DNA of 55,541 nt, the filler included, from Sluysia triapertura (Eukaryota): the NCBI GenBank assembly GCA_046118255.1. It is 4 parts of 4 records of this genome, joined end to end, with 100 filler letters (N's around TTAATTAATTAA, not from the genome) between each part and the next. Parts side by side here need not be neighbours in the genome. Positions count along the whole stretch, not along the records: positions 1 to 15,447 come from JBJNIA010228234.1; 3 more parts are not named here. The stretch is one strand, 5' to 3'. The notes below the pieces were generated by a model that saw nothing but the letters and a program-made list of their open reading frames with translations, had not been told where the DNA came from and did not search any database. The position numbers were made by a program, and so were the translations under genes. The number at the start of each line of letters is the position of its first letter. Position 1 is the first letter of the stretch. Positions 1 to 13,782 of the stretch are shown one piece after another.

Positions 1-3000
1 TATTCAAAACTTTTATATAATTATGGTCAATTAATGAAACAATACAAAACAACAAAAAAATATAAATAATGATTGCTTTATTAATATTATACAATTATGA
101 TTTTAATTAGTATTTTAATTAATATTTTAGTGTTAGTATTTTATGTAAACACAACAGTAATATTCATTATATAAAAATTACAAAACGTTTGGGAAGTCAT
201 ATTTCAATCATATGTAATCATTTTAAATAAAGTTGGATATTTTATGCCTGATTGTTGAAGAAATAATTAAACAAAGACGGCGAATTATAAAAATTCTGTC
301 ATTACTTGATATAAACGGTTGATATAAATTGATAAATAACTAAAATAAGTAGATTTAAACACATCAACGTTTACAGAGTAGATAAGTGAAAAGAGTTACA
401 AACGCCTACAATTAAGTTTCGAAATTTAGAAAGACCATATAATGTGGTCACATTGAAAATAAAGATTATATATAAAGATCATTTGAAAAACAATTATTGA
501 TGTGTCAAGGATGAAATTGATATGAATGAATGGAAATTTAATTTCACAGGAATATGTAGATAAATTTATAGACAAAAACTTCACTATAAGGTTACATTTT
601 AAGCAAAATAAAACCCAATGACGTAAATCTCTCCTAATTCAAGTTGATTTAATTTATTTATTAATAGTGCAACATTAAGTCAGAAACGTTTTTGATAGAT
701 AACCATGTCACTTATTCAAATACTTCTAATAAATCAGTGTCATTTAAAGTCGTCCCACCATTAATATTAAAATTCCTTAACAAGCATTCAAGGAACAGTC
801 CCAGCCCAACCATCGAGAACTGCATTCCAACAAGTGGGCTTTTATGATGATTCAAAACCCTCGTTCATACATAATAATATAACTTTCAAGCTTTCATACC
901 AAAACCATAAATTCATATACAATCATTCACTATCGTGTCTTCATTGTTTCAATAATACATTTCATACCGTCAATAGGTCTTTTTACAATAAAATTAATTA
1001 TTAAATTTAACATTTATAAAATGTAATTATTACTATTAGATTTTAATATCTAGTAAAAGAATTTAGATCGCTTATAATAATAATAATTATTATTATTATT
1101 ATTTTTTCTTTTTAAATTTTATTTTATGGTAGAATTCAATTTTTGAAATTTTTACGCTTAAATAAATTATGTTAAAAAATATTTTTATGAAATCTTTGAA
1201 TTTTTAGATATTTTTTAATCGTGCTACGAAGAGGTACTTTGCTATCGAGAAGTAGTAAAATTTCTTAATAGTAATGAATAAAAATTTAATAATGGTGTTC
1301 TCGTAAAGATATTCAACGATCTAATTTGTGCGATGTTAAATTTTATGATCCTATAATGGATAGTGAGAGATTAAGTGTTGAAAATCATATTTTGTTGTTG
1401 AAATCCATTATGTTTACAATTACACTATTGATCATTATTTATCAGAAGAGAAATATGTTTATCAAATGATGCTTAAACTTAAAACGTTTCCTAGCACTAG
1501 AATTGTATTTTCATGCATAAGTTATCAGACTAAATTTCCTAAATGTGTATTTAGTTTAACGAAGAGTCATAAGTTTCCAAGCATTAGTATTCGAATTATT
1601 TGATAAATCTTGGTTTTATGCAATCAACAAATTAAATAATAATAATTACAAATAAATAAATTGATGTTAGTAAAATAATAAATAATTTGAATTTTATATC
1701 CTTACTTGAATTAATAATATATACTTGAATTATATCATATACGTATTCAATATAAATTAAATATTAGATTTAACAAATCTCAGTGACAAATGTAAAGTGA
1801 CGAATGACCTATATCTATGGCTGATTCCCATAGTTAAGATAATTACAAAATTACCTTGTGGGTATGTAATTTCAATGACTAAAAACGTCTTATGTCACAA
1901 TGTAAATATATATATTACCATTAAATCTGTAATTAATACTGAACGTAGTATTTTAGAATTAATTCAAAATGATTTAAATTTCGCCATTTTAACTGAATTA
2001 ATGGAAACTTTTTTTATGTTATTTACATATGAAACATAAATTAAATATTAAATTTAACACCTTTAGAAAACTTTGCTTGTTCAATTTTATTTTTAATAAA
2101 ACTTCACTATATTCGTTGCTTTTTATTTGAATATTCAAAATAACAATTTCAGAATTATAATGTTCAAATTAATAATGGATTTTAGCACCCTAAGTGCCAA
2201 ATAGACATTTTAAATAACTTTTCTTTGAATTTTATAGATTAAACAAACTGTGATAATAATATTGTGTAGTTTCTAACAGATTAAGTAACGCTCTTATTGA
2301 AATACTTAAATTAAAAATTATAGTAAATGAATAAAACTAATTTTTAAATCTTGCTGTTGTGATATACTTTTCGCTGTAGTGTTCTTTGATACCAACCTCT
2401 AACACACACAACACAAACATCCATTACACTTTACATCAATATATCACAACCTAAATAAATTACAACCTTCTAATTTCGATAAAATATCATGTAATAAATC
2501 ACGATAATTTGTTACTTTCAATCCACCAATATCGCTCTACCCAAATATACCATCATAGTGTAACTTTTACATTTTCCTTTTTATTTGTATTTTTCTTTTA
2601 CACAAAATTAAAATTAGACCAAATACCGAAATCTCAAATATTTAGTCTTGTACTCTTTTTGTTACTTTATTGTTATTGTTATTGTTGTTTACATTAATGA
2701 ATCAAGTAAAAATCTAGAAAGTTAATATACAAATAAATCAGTTGGTTCACAAAGTGCAATTAGAAAACAAGACGAAATAATTGATTTGTTTAGCAATACA
2801 ATGTATCTTATGAATTGTGGTAATTCGATCACGAAAAGCAATTTTAATTCGGATTATGATGAAATTGTACCAACTAATATGCAACGAAGCGTTTCTATCA
2901 GTATTCGATCCTCACACATAATAATCAGGTTCATCTAGATCAACTGTATCAAAAGTATCAAAACACAATTTAAAATATCATAATTTATTCTTAAAGTAGC

Positions 3001-3497
3001 CGTTTCTATTTTTATCTAAGAATTTTGACAATTGTTGTGGAACTTCTTTTTCAATCAATTTTGATAAGTGTTATATTTGATACGGGTCCGTAACTATTTA
3101 AAAACAATGGATTTATTTTAATTTTACTTTAAGATAAATTAGAATATTTTATTTTACTAATTTTAGCCATTATTATTATGTATTACTATATTATTACTAA
3201 TTTTATCATTATTTGTTTATTAGTATTATTATTTCATTATTATTCTTATTATCATTTGTTTAAATATTTACCAAAAATTAATTTTTTCAAAAACTTTTAA
3301 AATTCATTTTGAAATGCATTTATGCTATTGGCAAAAAAATTACAAAATGTTCAAGTCACCAAATTCTCCAATGAACAACATATGGACAACCTTACCGTGA
3401 TAAAGTTGATGGTGTTAGTCTTATTTACGAAGAAACTTCAAAAGCGTTAGAAAATTCAGAAATAGTCTATACAGAAATATTCAGAATTTGTTTCGAT

Positions 3498-4508
3498 TTG
3501 TGGAATAACATAGTTGCAGATTTCTATGGGCGAAATCATGAAGTTGGTTTTGGTCAGGTGACGCAGCATTTTTGTGCACTGGTATCTTCCAGACTTAGAC
3601 GAATTATTATTTCAAGAATGGCAACACTAGAAGAGGTACTGGCAGCCGAAGTTGATCAAAGTGAGGTTCTACAAGAATTTATGAGAGATACTGAAAGATT
3701 AAATGATTTCATGAAATATACTGAAAGATTAAAAGATTTCATGGAATGTACTGAAAGATTGAATGATTTCATTACACATACTGAAAGATTAAATGATTTC
3801 ATGGAATATACTAAAAAATTAAAGGATTTCATGAAATACATTGATAGCATCAACTTGGATAAAAATATGAGAGAACGTTTAGTGTATTTAACTCTTTTCG
3901 ATTATAAAAATAAGTTTTGTATTACTGTCAGAAAATTACATAAACGAATGGATATCTCTGAAATGAGTTGGAAAGATCTCGACACACCCTGCTTGGTTGC
4001 CTGGCTTACATCTGGTTCAATGACGCAAGATCATGAGAGAAGATTTCTGATTGTCATAACCTGCGAACTGTTAGCTTACATAAACTTTTTATTATGTGAT
4101 AACATTTTTCAAAATTCCGTATATTTTAAATTCATTGTATGCATGACAACTTTTAATAAAGTGAACTTGATTTTAATATGTGATGCTTTTAAGACGACTT
4201 TTTATATATTTAGTAAATTTAAAATGGAATATATATATAGACTTAGTTATATTTTATTCGAATTTTTGATAAAAGACAGTTTAAATTATTGTAATATTTT
4301 GAAAGACCTTAAGTCTTATTTTGCCTTAACTAAAATTATAAATTTAAATATTAAACCTTTCATAATTTTACACCGGCCATTACATAGATTACTCCCAAAT
4401 AGTGTAAAAGTGAAATATGTGAGAATAATGACAAAATTAATAAAATCATTTATTGAGACACATTTGTGTGATTTTAAAATTTCTTTCCGAAGATATTCAT
4501 CAATATAA
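3498..4508 (+). CDS. Intronless 336-aa orphan ORF with five tandem 10-aa repeats; possibly virus- or mobile-element-derived
   Basis: An open frame of about 1 kb is unlikely by chance at this AT content. The frame stays open upstream to about 3405 (DGVSLIYEETSKALENSEIVYTEIFRICFD). A 30-bp repeat keeps the frame (TERLNDFMKY-like units). No domain recognised; the ORF-track start is TTG, so the true start is uncertain. Confidence 0.45.
   Translation: MWNNIVADFYGRNHEVGFGQVTQHFCALVSSRLRRIIISRMATLEEVLAAEVDQSEVLQEFMRDTERLNDFMKYTERLKDFMECTERLNDFITHTERLNDFMEYTKKLKDFMKYIDSINLDKNMRERLVYLTLFDYKNKFCITVRKLHKRMDISEMSWKDLDTPCLVAWLTSGSMTQDHERRFLIVITCELLAYINFLLCDNIFQNSVYFKFIVCMTTFNKVNLILICDAFKTTFYIFSKFKMEYIYRLSYILFEFLIKDSLNYCNILKDLKSYFALTKIINLNIKPFIILHRPLHRLLPNSVKVKYVRIMTKLIKSFIETHLCDFKISFRRYSSI
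3691..3840 (+). repeat. 30-bp coding tandem repeat, 5 copies (ctgaaagattaaatgatttcatgaaatata consensus)
   Basis: Units start at 3691, 3721, 3751, 3781 and 3811; directly visible. Confidence 0.95.
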
Positions 4509-4589
4509 CTGAAAGATGTTAATCATTATTTAGAAAAATTAATCATTTAAAAGGTACATTATCAAATAAAATTTATTGCTTTATGAATC

Positions 4590-4995
4590 CTCAAGAATAT
4601 TAGAATATACTCGCTGCCAAGCCTAAATTATATGAAGTTGTTTGCTTTGACATTTCTGTTTTGAATGTATTTGTTTATATCTAAGTTTTATTATTTGAAG
4701 ATAAATACACAAAATTTTTCATAGATACTCATTTACATGTATGAGTATTTACATGCAGCAGGACTCGATATCCTTTTTCTTATTTGCACACACGTTTAAG
4801 CAAAAACAAAACAAATCATGAATAGATGAAAGTATAAAAATACTTTAAAAAACTGGACACAATTTTCTATAAATTTACAAAGGCTGCTGATTACTTAGAT
4901 TCCGTTTCACTTCAGAGATAACGAGATCATGTAATATTGAACAATTTGACTCTAAATGAGTTTATCTGCAACATCTCTCATCAGTAAGCAGTATT
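4590..4995. repeat. Dispersed ~400-bp repeat, copy 1 (inverted copy at ~48030-48460)
   Basis: cagagataacgagatcatgtaatattgaacaatttgactct (4913-4953) is near-identical to the reverse complement of agagtcaaattgttcaatgttacatgatctcgttatctctg (~48075-48114). Flanking similarity continues for about 400 bp. Confidence 0.85.
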
Positions 4996-6098
4996 GTTTT
5001 GTAGAGTCAGAAGTAGTACCTATCAATAAATTATTAGTTGGGAAGAAATAAACATAACAAATTAATAAATAAAGTAGAATTTTTGTAAAAACTATTTATT
5101 TGTAGCCATTTTTTTCAAGTTTTAACACTTGTATGTTTATGTTTGTGGCCATAAAAGGGTTGCAAGCTCTCTAGGAGTGTACGTTATAATATACATTGAA
5201 TGTATTGGCAGCGAATTGGTGGATCCTCAGAACCGATTCATTAAATCATTAATGTAATGACTTTAATCGAGGTCATTGATTGTCCAATAAAATGTTACTT
5301 GACCACAGTAGCTCCTAATTCATATTTCATTGCAGCAACTTAATGAAAATCGTTTATGTTGTAATCTCAATTGAAATTTAATTTAAACAAGCTTATAACT
5401 TTTCGTTAAAATGAGTTATTGTTTCATTAAAAATAAATATATGTAACAGTTTAAAATATCTATTTTTAGTTTCACGTACAAGATGATTTGAATAATTTGA
5501 GGAGTTTCAAAAGTATCTGAATATTTTAATGACGTCGTCTAAATAGTATATTTTTAGATTTATTTATTTCTGTTCAATGAACTTTACAAAACACGAAATT
5601 GAAGATAATTTTAAATTTAGGAAACAGAAAAGAAAAACAAAAATATGTAACAAATTCTTTTATTGCATTTTTCCTGTCATTCATTGTGCAACATCTTTCA
5701 TTCTTGAATGTTTTGACTTAATGATCCGGACTTAAGGATCTTCAATCAGTAAAACACGAAAACCCTATGAATCGCAAGATAAAAATGCAGTCAAGAATAT
5801 CATGCGATCAACGTGTTCCCAAACTGAGCAAGTTTAGAAGTCTTTGGATTATAAAATCAAAATTATGTCCACTAACTGATAGGCTTTCGTCCCTTTTTGA
5901 AGCCCATAACATACTTTGTTAAAATGAATGTTATATTAATAACAATTGAAATTGATTATTTAATTTTAGTGAATGAATATGCAAGTAATATTAATTATGT
6001 TGGAAATAGTAATAGTAATAATAATTATAATCATAATAATTATAATAAAAATGTTATGCGGTCAATATTTACAAGATCTATGTTCCTGACAAATGTAG

Positions 6099-9000
6099 AT
6101 GACATCCCAATCAATCCCATTGTTTCTGTAATTGATCATCACGAAAGTAACGTTTTATTTGATAATTTAATGTGACCTTAACTGCAGATAATTTACCTTC
6201 TCAACTACACAGTCTTTCAAAATCGCGCGAGGAACGTCGTCAGCATTCAGGATTGCATATTTCCAAATGTTAGTTGCATTATTTAAAAAGAATATTACAC
6301 AATTAATATATTTGTTTTACAGTTTAATTTTTTAATTAAAATTAATATTTTATTTACTATTATTTAAAAGTAGATAAACGTGTAAAAAATAAATGATGAT
6401 ATCTATCAAATTATTATAATTTTTTTGGTATTTTTTATAATTACTATAATTAATAGTGTCTTCGGTTTCCACGAGCTTTTCTAAGTCTTTACCTTCCTGG
6501 CTTGTAGAAAGTCGAAAACAGAGTCGTTCGAAAAATTTGAAACTCATCCAACAATTCAATGATTATCGGATACTTTTATTGTCTTCTATTACTGCTAATT
6601 TGTGCGGTCCTGATTTACGAGATTTGGTCGATTGTGGGTGTCAGCCAATCAACAATTTCAATCGACGATCTAAGCAGAAAACTTGTATATACAATGAATT
6701 ATTTCAGTCGGATCGACTCATCAATGGTCGAACTTTGCAACAAATGTTTCAGGACAATATGCACCTTATTAAGTTGTTAGTTGATTAAAGTTAAACTCTG
6801 TCGACAAAATGATTATTTTAATGATTGTTTATTTACGACTTCTTTGATCGAGCATTTTTATCTTTGAGAATTTGCGATATCAATTTCGAGGAATATTTCT
6901 TCTTAAACTTGATTTTCTGGTAAATTTTACAAAAATTAGCCATCCTTCTCAAAATGATGTCCAATTTATGTATCTATTGCTCTTGATTGCGTTATAGGTG
7001 TGGTGTTTGGTGATGCTAGAAGTTTCTTGATCTTGGCTGCAGTGTTGAAAAATTTCATTATCAAGGTATAAGTTTTCTATCTGGCTCTTTGATTGTGCAT
7101 ATAACAGTTCGACGAATAGTTATGCTTATGTAAGAGCAAAAAAGACCAACACTGTTTGGTGTGACAATTTTTGAGATTGGAATGGTATCTTTTAGATTCT
7201 AAATTTTTCGAATCTTTTGAAAATAGCACACTAATTGAGGTTTACGTAGTTTTTTAATTTCGAATTTAAAAGCAAGTGTGAATATGTAAGGTTTCAAATA
7301 GCGGAATGTTCTTTTGTTTAATTTTTAAATAATGACAAATGTTTATTTAAAAGTGATGATGATGATGATGATGATAAATACAAGACATTTTTAAATTATC
7401 TATCATACATGATATAATATTTTCATAGAAATATGGAATTTTCAAAATGAAATTGTCGATATTGTCAAAATAAAACAACATTGTGAAATTTTTATACGAC
7501 ATTTTATTTTAATTTCATTATATAAATTATTAGTTATTAATTTATTTTACTGCAATATATTGTGAAGATATCGAAGATTATTAGAATTTACAAAACTTAG
7601 TGATACCATAATACGGTTTCGCGAGAATACAGCGCGATAGTGAAATTTCTCAATAATTTGCTCTTATTTTGGAAAAAGTGATTTAATTATTATTTTAAAT
7701 GAGTTTTCAGCAGAATTTCGGTGCATAATAAGTTTTATTGTTATTTTAGGAATTTGGTAATTTATGCTGGAATGAACTCAAGTTTCCCTCTATTGTATTT
7801 GTGTAAGCGTAAGTTTAGACTGATTGCCAGTGTTGTGCTGTTAGAAAAATCAGTGATACTGTTATCTGCTATGATGGTTGAAAGAATATGTAAATATCAC
7901 GAAATAATTAAAATATCTATTATTGAAAGATAGTGATCCTGTCACTCTATAACTGCAAAAATATAGAATCATTTTTGAATATTTCGTTATAAATACGTTC
8001 AATTTTATGTTAAGAACGAAGTGTTTCGAAATTTCAAAAATTTATTTATAATCAACAAATAATTTAATATTCTAAAATAAGGATGTCATGCAATGTGTTC
8101 GATATTATGGTAAAGTCAGAGTAATTCCTGACCAATTGCGTTACTTTTGATAATATGTTAAACTAATCTGACAAATCACAACTAAACAATATTGATTATG
8201 TTTATTGATTTGTTTAAATTTCTAAAGATGGTCTTAATTGGTAGTTCTCATTTGTGTGACAACATTTAACAAGGTCATTTTATTTTAATTTTGATATTTA
8301 TAAAACATGAATCATAATAGATGAATCATCTTTGTTTTAGATTTGACAGTTTCTATCTCTATTTTTTATTGTTTTGTTTTAATTTGTTATTTTGAAAGTA
8401 CTTTTATTGTTTATTAAAATATTTTCAGTCTGCTCTGTTATAGTTTAGTTTTATATTTATTAAAGAACTTCTTTTAGAAAGAAAGGGTTCTGATTGTATT
8501 TTAATTATTAATTTACACTTGCAACTTGTAATGCTTTTTTATATATGTTGCATTTCGTTCAAATATCTTTGCATAAGCAGTATAACTAATTATGATTATT
8601 GTGTTGCTTTTTATTCTTGCTATCTTTTTATCGATTTTACATAATTACACATCTCATTATTTAAAATTATGGTATTAATTTTTAATGCTAAAGCTTTTTC
8701 TACGGTTCTTTGTTTTACTATAAATAATCGAACTATTTTTGTTCAGATTTAAATTCAACACAACATCTGTTATTTCACCTTGCATTATAACCACAAAGTG
8801 CGTTTTAGATCAACAAAAAGATTCGCAACTTTCAGATTTATTACTATTCGAAATTCGATCCAGATTACCGAATGAGTTTTACGAATCTCGAGTTTACGAC
8901 TTGTTACAATTTCCTGAAACTCGTCTTATTCAATATGATTGCGGTTAGTTTCTATAACTTAACATATGCGTATCTCTGTGTATTTAAAGATTGAATGCGT

Positions 9001-11054
9001 AAGAATTGTTGTAGTATGGTACTTTAAAAGAATCCACTTTTCGATCGTTTTTTAAATTGCATTAAATACAGTACTTATTTATTTTTATATCTCTAGGAAA
9101 GTTACAGATTCTGGAAGTACTTTTAAAACGATTATATCGTGAAAACCATCGTTGCCTCATTTTTACTCAAATGACCAGAATGCTGGATATCTTGGAACAC
9201 TTTCTATCTTATCTCGGATATCGTTATCTTCGATTAGATGGATCCACTCGGGTAGAACAACGTCAATTGCTAATGGAAACTTTTAATCAAGATTCTCGAA
9301 TTTTTGTTTTCATACTCAGTACTCGATCTGGAGGATTAGGTGTCAATCTGACAGGGGCGGATACGGTGATTTTTTACGACTCAGACTGGAATCCAACTAT
9401 GGATGCTCAGGCTCAAGATCGGTTTGTATTGATAAATAACTCGACTAAATCATAGGTGAAATTAACAAATCAGAGTTATTTGCAGTGCCTGTTTATTGTT
9501 AAATAAATAATAACTTTAGTTATTAATAAATAATAAAATTTAAATCAATGCTTTTGAAAATTTGACTATGATAATAGGTTGGTAGTTCATAGTTCGGTAG
9601 CAAACAGGTCTCGGATTCGAATCCCGATTAGTCGATTTTACGTATTGTAATATTGTGTTTTTACTTTACTCGTCATTTGTTTGTTTCAGATGTCATCGAA
9701 TTGGACAGACGAGAGACGTCCACATATACCGTTTGATCAGTCGCATGACAGTGGAAGAAAATATTCTCAAGAAAGCCAATCAAAAGCGGACGTTAAATGA
9801 CATGGCTATTGAAGGTGGGCAGTTCAATACTTCGTTCTTTCGTAGCAGTACTTTGAGAGATCTTTTCAAGGCTCCTAGTGGATTAGAAGTACGTTTATAT
9901 TTCCCTTTTCAGAATAATCAGCTGAATATATGTGAAAACGAGTATTTGGATTGGTAACTTTTCTCAAATTATATCACTAATTCGAATTCAAGATTAACAA
10001 TATCCGTTTTAACTCTGAAAACTATTTGAAATAGGATTGTTTCGAATTAAAGTAAAATTGTTGCATATTAAATCTAGCTCAATTAAATGAATGAGTGATT
10101 GGTTGGCACACTTCACTGAATCTTTTTAATTAAATAGACCTATATTCCATTGAAGGTTTTTTGGAAAAACATAATAATAAATAAAGGAACGCAGATATTA
10201 GGGATTTTGGTGGGTTTGGAATGTTTCAATTTAGAACACTTAGTCAATAATTACATACTTTTCATTTAACATTTAAAATAATTTCAGAGAGGTGCACAAT
10301 GTCTTTATTTATACAGTTCACGGGGTTGTTCGGAAAGTAAACACAATAAACATTGCATAAAACATTAAATAACAATGGAGTAGTTTTAGTCACATAATTT
10401 AATTGAATAACAAATAATATTCGTACTATGTAGGAGGCATTTAACAGTTGCCACAGTGATGCATGACCGCGCATTCTGTTCAGAAAAATCAACTGCGGCG
10501 GAGCAACTCTGTTTGTGCCAACATGTTAAAACATTGTAAATCAAACTTAAACAAATAACGATGAATTTATTTAGAAAATATTGAAAACACACTTTATTGG
10601 CGCTTAAAGATCCTCCCCGCATTGACAGCGGCTTTATAGAAACAAAATGTGTTTATTAAAATCGTTGATAAACAATGATGTGTTATTTTATTTCATTTCA
10701 TGTATAGAATGCAAGTGTCTTCAAATTGCATATGTAAAGTTTCCAAAAAAATTTCTAAATTTCAATGAAAAATATTCTTTAATTTATTATAAAATTATTC
10801 TCTTTGTTACATATTTTATTCTTTTTTCAATAAGTGCGAAAATTACTCTTGTTATAATTTATTTCCTTTTGCAGGATTTTATCGGTCAAAGTAACATAAA
10901 TGAGGATTCTGAGCTGCCATTTGAAGAAATCACTATGGAAACAACAACACCAGATTCCAAGCAATCAAATACAATTATAAAAACTAGATCTGGTCGTGAA
11001 ATAAGTTGGCGTGGTCCACCGATTACAGTTTCTAACAAAGTAATTATGAATTAG
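6099..11054 (+). CDS. SRCAP: SRCAP/domino/SWR1-family SNF2 chromatin-remodelling ATPase, 3' part (insert region + helicase C-terminal lobe); 5' exons not seen
   Basis: Phase-consistent GT-AG exons: 6099-6146, 6188-6268, 6457-6775, 8747-8943, 9097-9421, 9690-9888, 10875-11039/11054. Spliced product includes [14 protein letters not shown]|[33 protein letters not shown]...[63 protein letters not shown]|[33 protein letters not shown], which is characteristic of the SWR1/SRCAP subfamily. The first two exons and the last exon are less certain. Confidence 0.92.
9577..9637 (+). repeat. Degenerate tRNA-like/SINE remnant in SRCAP intron
   Basis: B-box/T-arm-like tcggattcgaatcccga at about 9611-9627; no complete cloverleaf. 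Confidence 0.3.
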
Positions 11055-12106
11055 CTATATTTTACAAACGAGTGCTGCTGCGATAAGTATGTACGAATTG
11101 ACAAAGAGCGATCTTTGAAACAAATAATTATATTATTAGTATGATTATTACTACTACTATTACTAATAGTAGTAGTAGCAGTAGTAGTAGTAGTTTTAAT
11201 AGTAGTAATAGTAGTAGTAGTGTGATTTTCAGAGAACAATATGGAATTCCAATAGAGTAAGACATGAATTCGTTTCAATTTTAAATGCAATGTCAATTTT
11301 AAAATGTCTGATATTAACATCTTGTAGCAAATATATTCATTCTAGATGAGAAGGGATGTATCTTTTCGAAAATAAAAACACAGAACTCATTTAAACAAAA
11401 AATGTTACATCAAAAATGACAAAACACTCACTGAAATTGTCAAACAGATATAGAATGCGAATTTCCATCGAATAAAACTGACGTTATACATAGATTTACG
11501 AACATTATAATTTTATTCTTGGTTACTGGCATTTCTTCTTCTACTAAGTTGTGTAAGGTAATTTTTTCGTTTGTAAAATGATTTCCACATAATTTGACTT
11601 TATGAATGCTCTGATTTATGTGAACTGTGTGATATTTGTGTGACTTCGGGAAGAATTTTAATTTGATGCTAATAATGGTACATTACGAAATAATTTGCCA
11701 TTATTTTTCTACTGGAAACGAACCCGACTGAATACTAGAATCCTTGACACATTCTACTTCCATAAACAGATGAATATCAATTAATTAATTTGAATAGTTT
11801 AATAAATACTTCTCTTGCTGAAACACTATTGGAGTCAATTAACGGCTGTTTTAGTTACATAAACTTTATGCAACATTAGATTGCGTATGCTTGCTTTGTG
11901 CGACTTTCATTCCATTAATAAAGGTTGATAATTTTTGATGAAGCTCGCTCATAAAGTAGAATGTTATCCTACTGTCGATATCATTTTGATGACCCTAATT
12001 CAATTGAACTCTCTGCTCGTGACTAAAAACTGATTTGAAATCTATCTTTACGACACTGAAGTATTCATTGACGATGAATGAAATTGTAAATGAATGAAAT
12101 TGTACT

Positions 12107-12210
12107 ACCGTGTTTCCCCGAAAATAAGACAGGGCTTATATTAATTATGTCATAATTATGTCCAAATTATGACACACTATGACTAATTTTTGGAGGGTGT
12201 GCTATTTTCA
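12107..12210 (+). mobile_element. Possible Tc2/pogo-type DNA transposon end
   Basis: TA followed by CCGTGTTTCCCCGAAAATAAGAC, a Tc2/pogo-type terminal repeat start; the partner end was not found. Confidence 0.35.
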
Positions 12211-12855
12211 TCTAACTTCTAAATACTAACTTCTGATTTTTAACACTGAAAACTGTCTCTGAATACCGATGATTTCTCCTCATACTTGCCGATATTATGA
12301 TTGAAATTTTTAACCATCATTTATTATTTAAACACACATAAAAAATTAGAAAATATTAAAGATATATCAATTAATAAGAAATAATAATTTTGTAGTACAA
12401 ATTAATAAACGTGCAATTGGTGGATGTGAATAATTATATTTCTCGTGATTTTTAATTTAAATATTTGGTGTAGATTGTGTCGAATGTAGTGCAACGCTCA
12501 AGCTCTTGTTGTTGCACAGTATAAAATATGGAAATGCATGAAGTATCTAGTATAGTTATAAATGAAAAGGCTAAAAACAAATTTTGTAACGAATAACGTC
12601 TTGTGTTAAATAGTGTTTAGTATAGCTTAATAAATACAGGACGAGAAGTTATAAAATTATGTTTGTTTGAGTCTGTGAATGTTGCATGCTGCATGTTAGT
12701 GAGTGTTCTATATTTAATGCTTTTAATAACTCGTGAATTATGATTTGTATGATGGATTTTGAATGTTGAATCTTAATTGAAATGATGTAGAATTGATGTT
12801 GGCTGATGTTTGAATTGCATGGCAAGACGTGGCACAATAGAATGTCATACACGTG

Positions 12856-12983
12856 GTAGTAGTACTAGTAATAGTGGTAGTAATAATATTAGTAGTAGTA
12901 ATAGTAGTAGTAATAGTAATAGTAGTAGTAGTTGTTGTAGTAATAGTAATAGTAGTAGTTGTAGTAGTAGTAGTAGTAGTAGT
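12856..12983. repeat. (AGT/AAT)n microsatellite
   Basis: Directly visible. Similar tracts at 7354-7375, 11140-11222, 42942-43050 and 45340-45395. Confidence 0.9.
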
Positions 12984-13782
12984 ACTTTAATAAATTTATA
13001 AATGAATTCTTAGAAATTTGTTTCTTTCTCATATTCGATGACGACAACAAAGCCACATTAAATTTGTTTACAATATTACTAAATTATTTATTACTGGCCA
13101 TGTTAAAATTTGTTATATTATTTATGTAAACTTAAAAATATAGTTACTTAATTCATACTTATTTGTGTACTTATTATGTAAATTACTGCTAATTAAACAA
13201 ATAAATAAACATTTTATATTTGTTAATATTTCTTGTTGCACTACAATGAAAAAGATTCAAAACAGAGTCTGTTGCTAGATATAACATCTCTTGATGATTA
13301 CTGTTAGCCTAACAATTAACCGTCGTTGTGTACCACCCCACCTTCCAACATATTTTCATTTCTTAGCGAATGTGTTCATATTAGTCATTTTAATAGTTGA
13401 AATGTCTGTGATTGTTCGTAAACCGACTCGAAAAAATTAAACATTCTTATTTATTTATCAGTGCAAAGTGCACATCTTTGTAATTTGTAAGTCTCAAGAG
13501 TGAAACCGATCATTTATTTTAGAAAGAAAATAGTCTATTCATATTAATTACCGCAAACTTTAAGCGATCATGACTTAGTCATTCGTTCTATTCCGATTAC
13601 TTTTATTAATTTTTTGAATTTTTTGTAGGTTTTTAGAAATAATTTTAGAAATCGAGTCAAAATGTTTTTATTAATCAAGTTTCGAATTATCCGGTAGGTT
13701 TTTACATAATATTTCTTCGTATTATTACTACAAAATGCAATATCGAAAAGAGCACCAATAGAGAAATATGAAATAAACATAC

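Noticed and set aside
3691-3840. Regular 30-bp repeats as a possible CRISPR array
   Set aside because: Head-to-tail with no spacers, in-frame coding, and in eukaryotic context.
3656-3853. Minus-strand 65-aa ORF
   Set aside because: Antisense shadow of the 30-bp repeat.
12810-13001. Ser/Asn-rich ORF; likewise the poly-Thr (11051-11320) and poly-Ile (42886-43092, 45253-45447) ORFs
   Set aside because: Translations of trinucleotide microsatellites.
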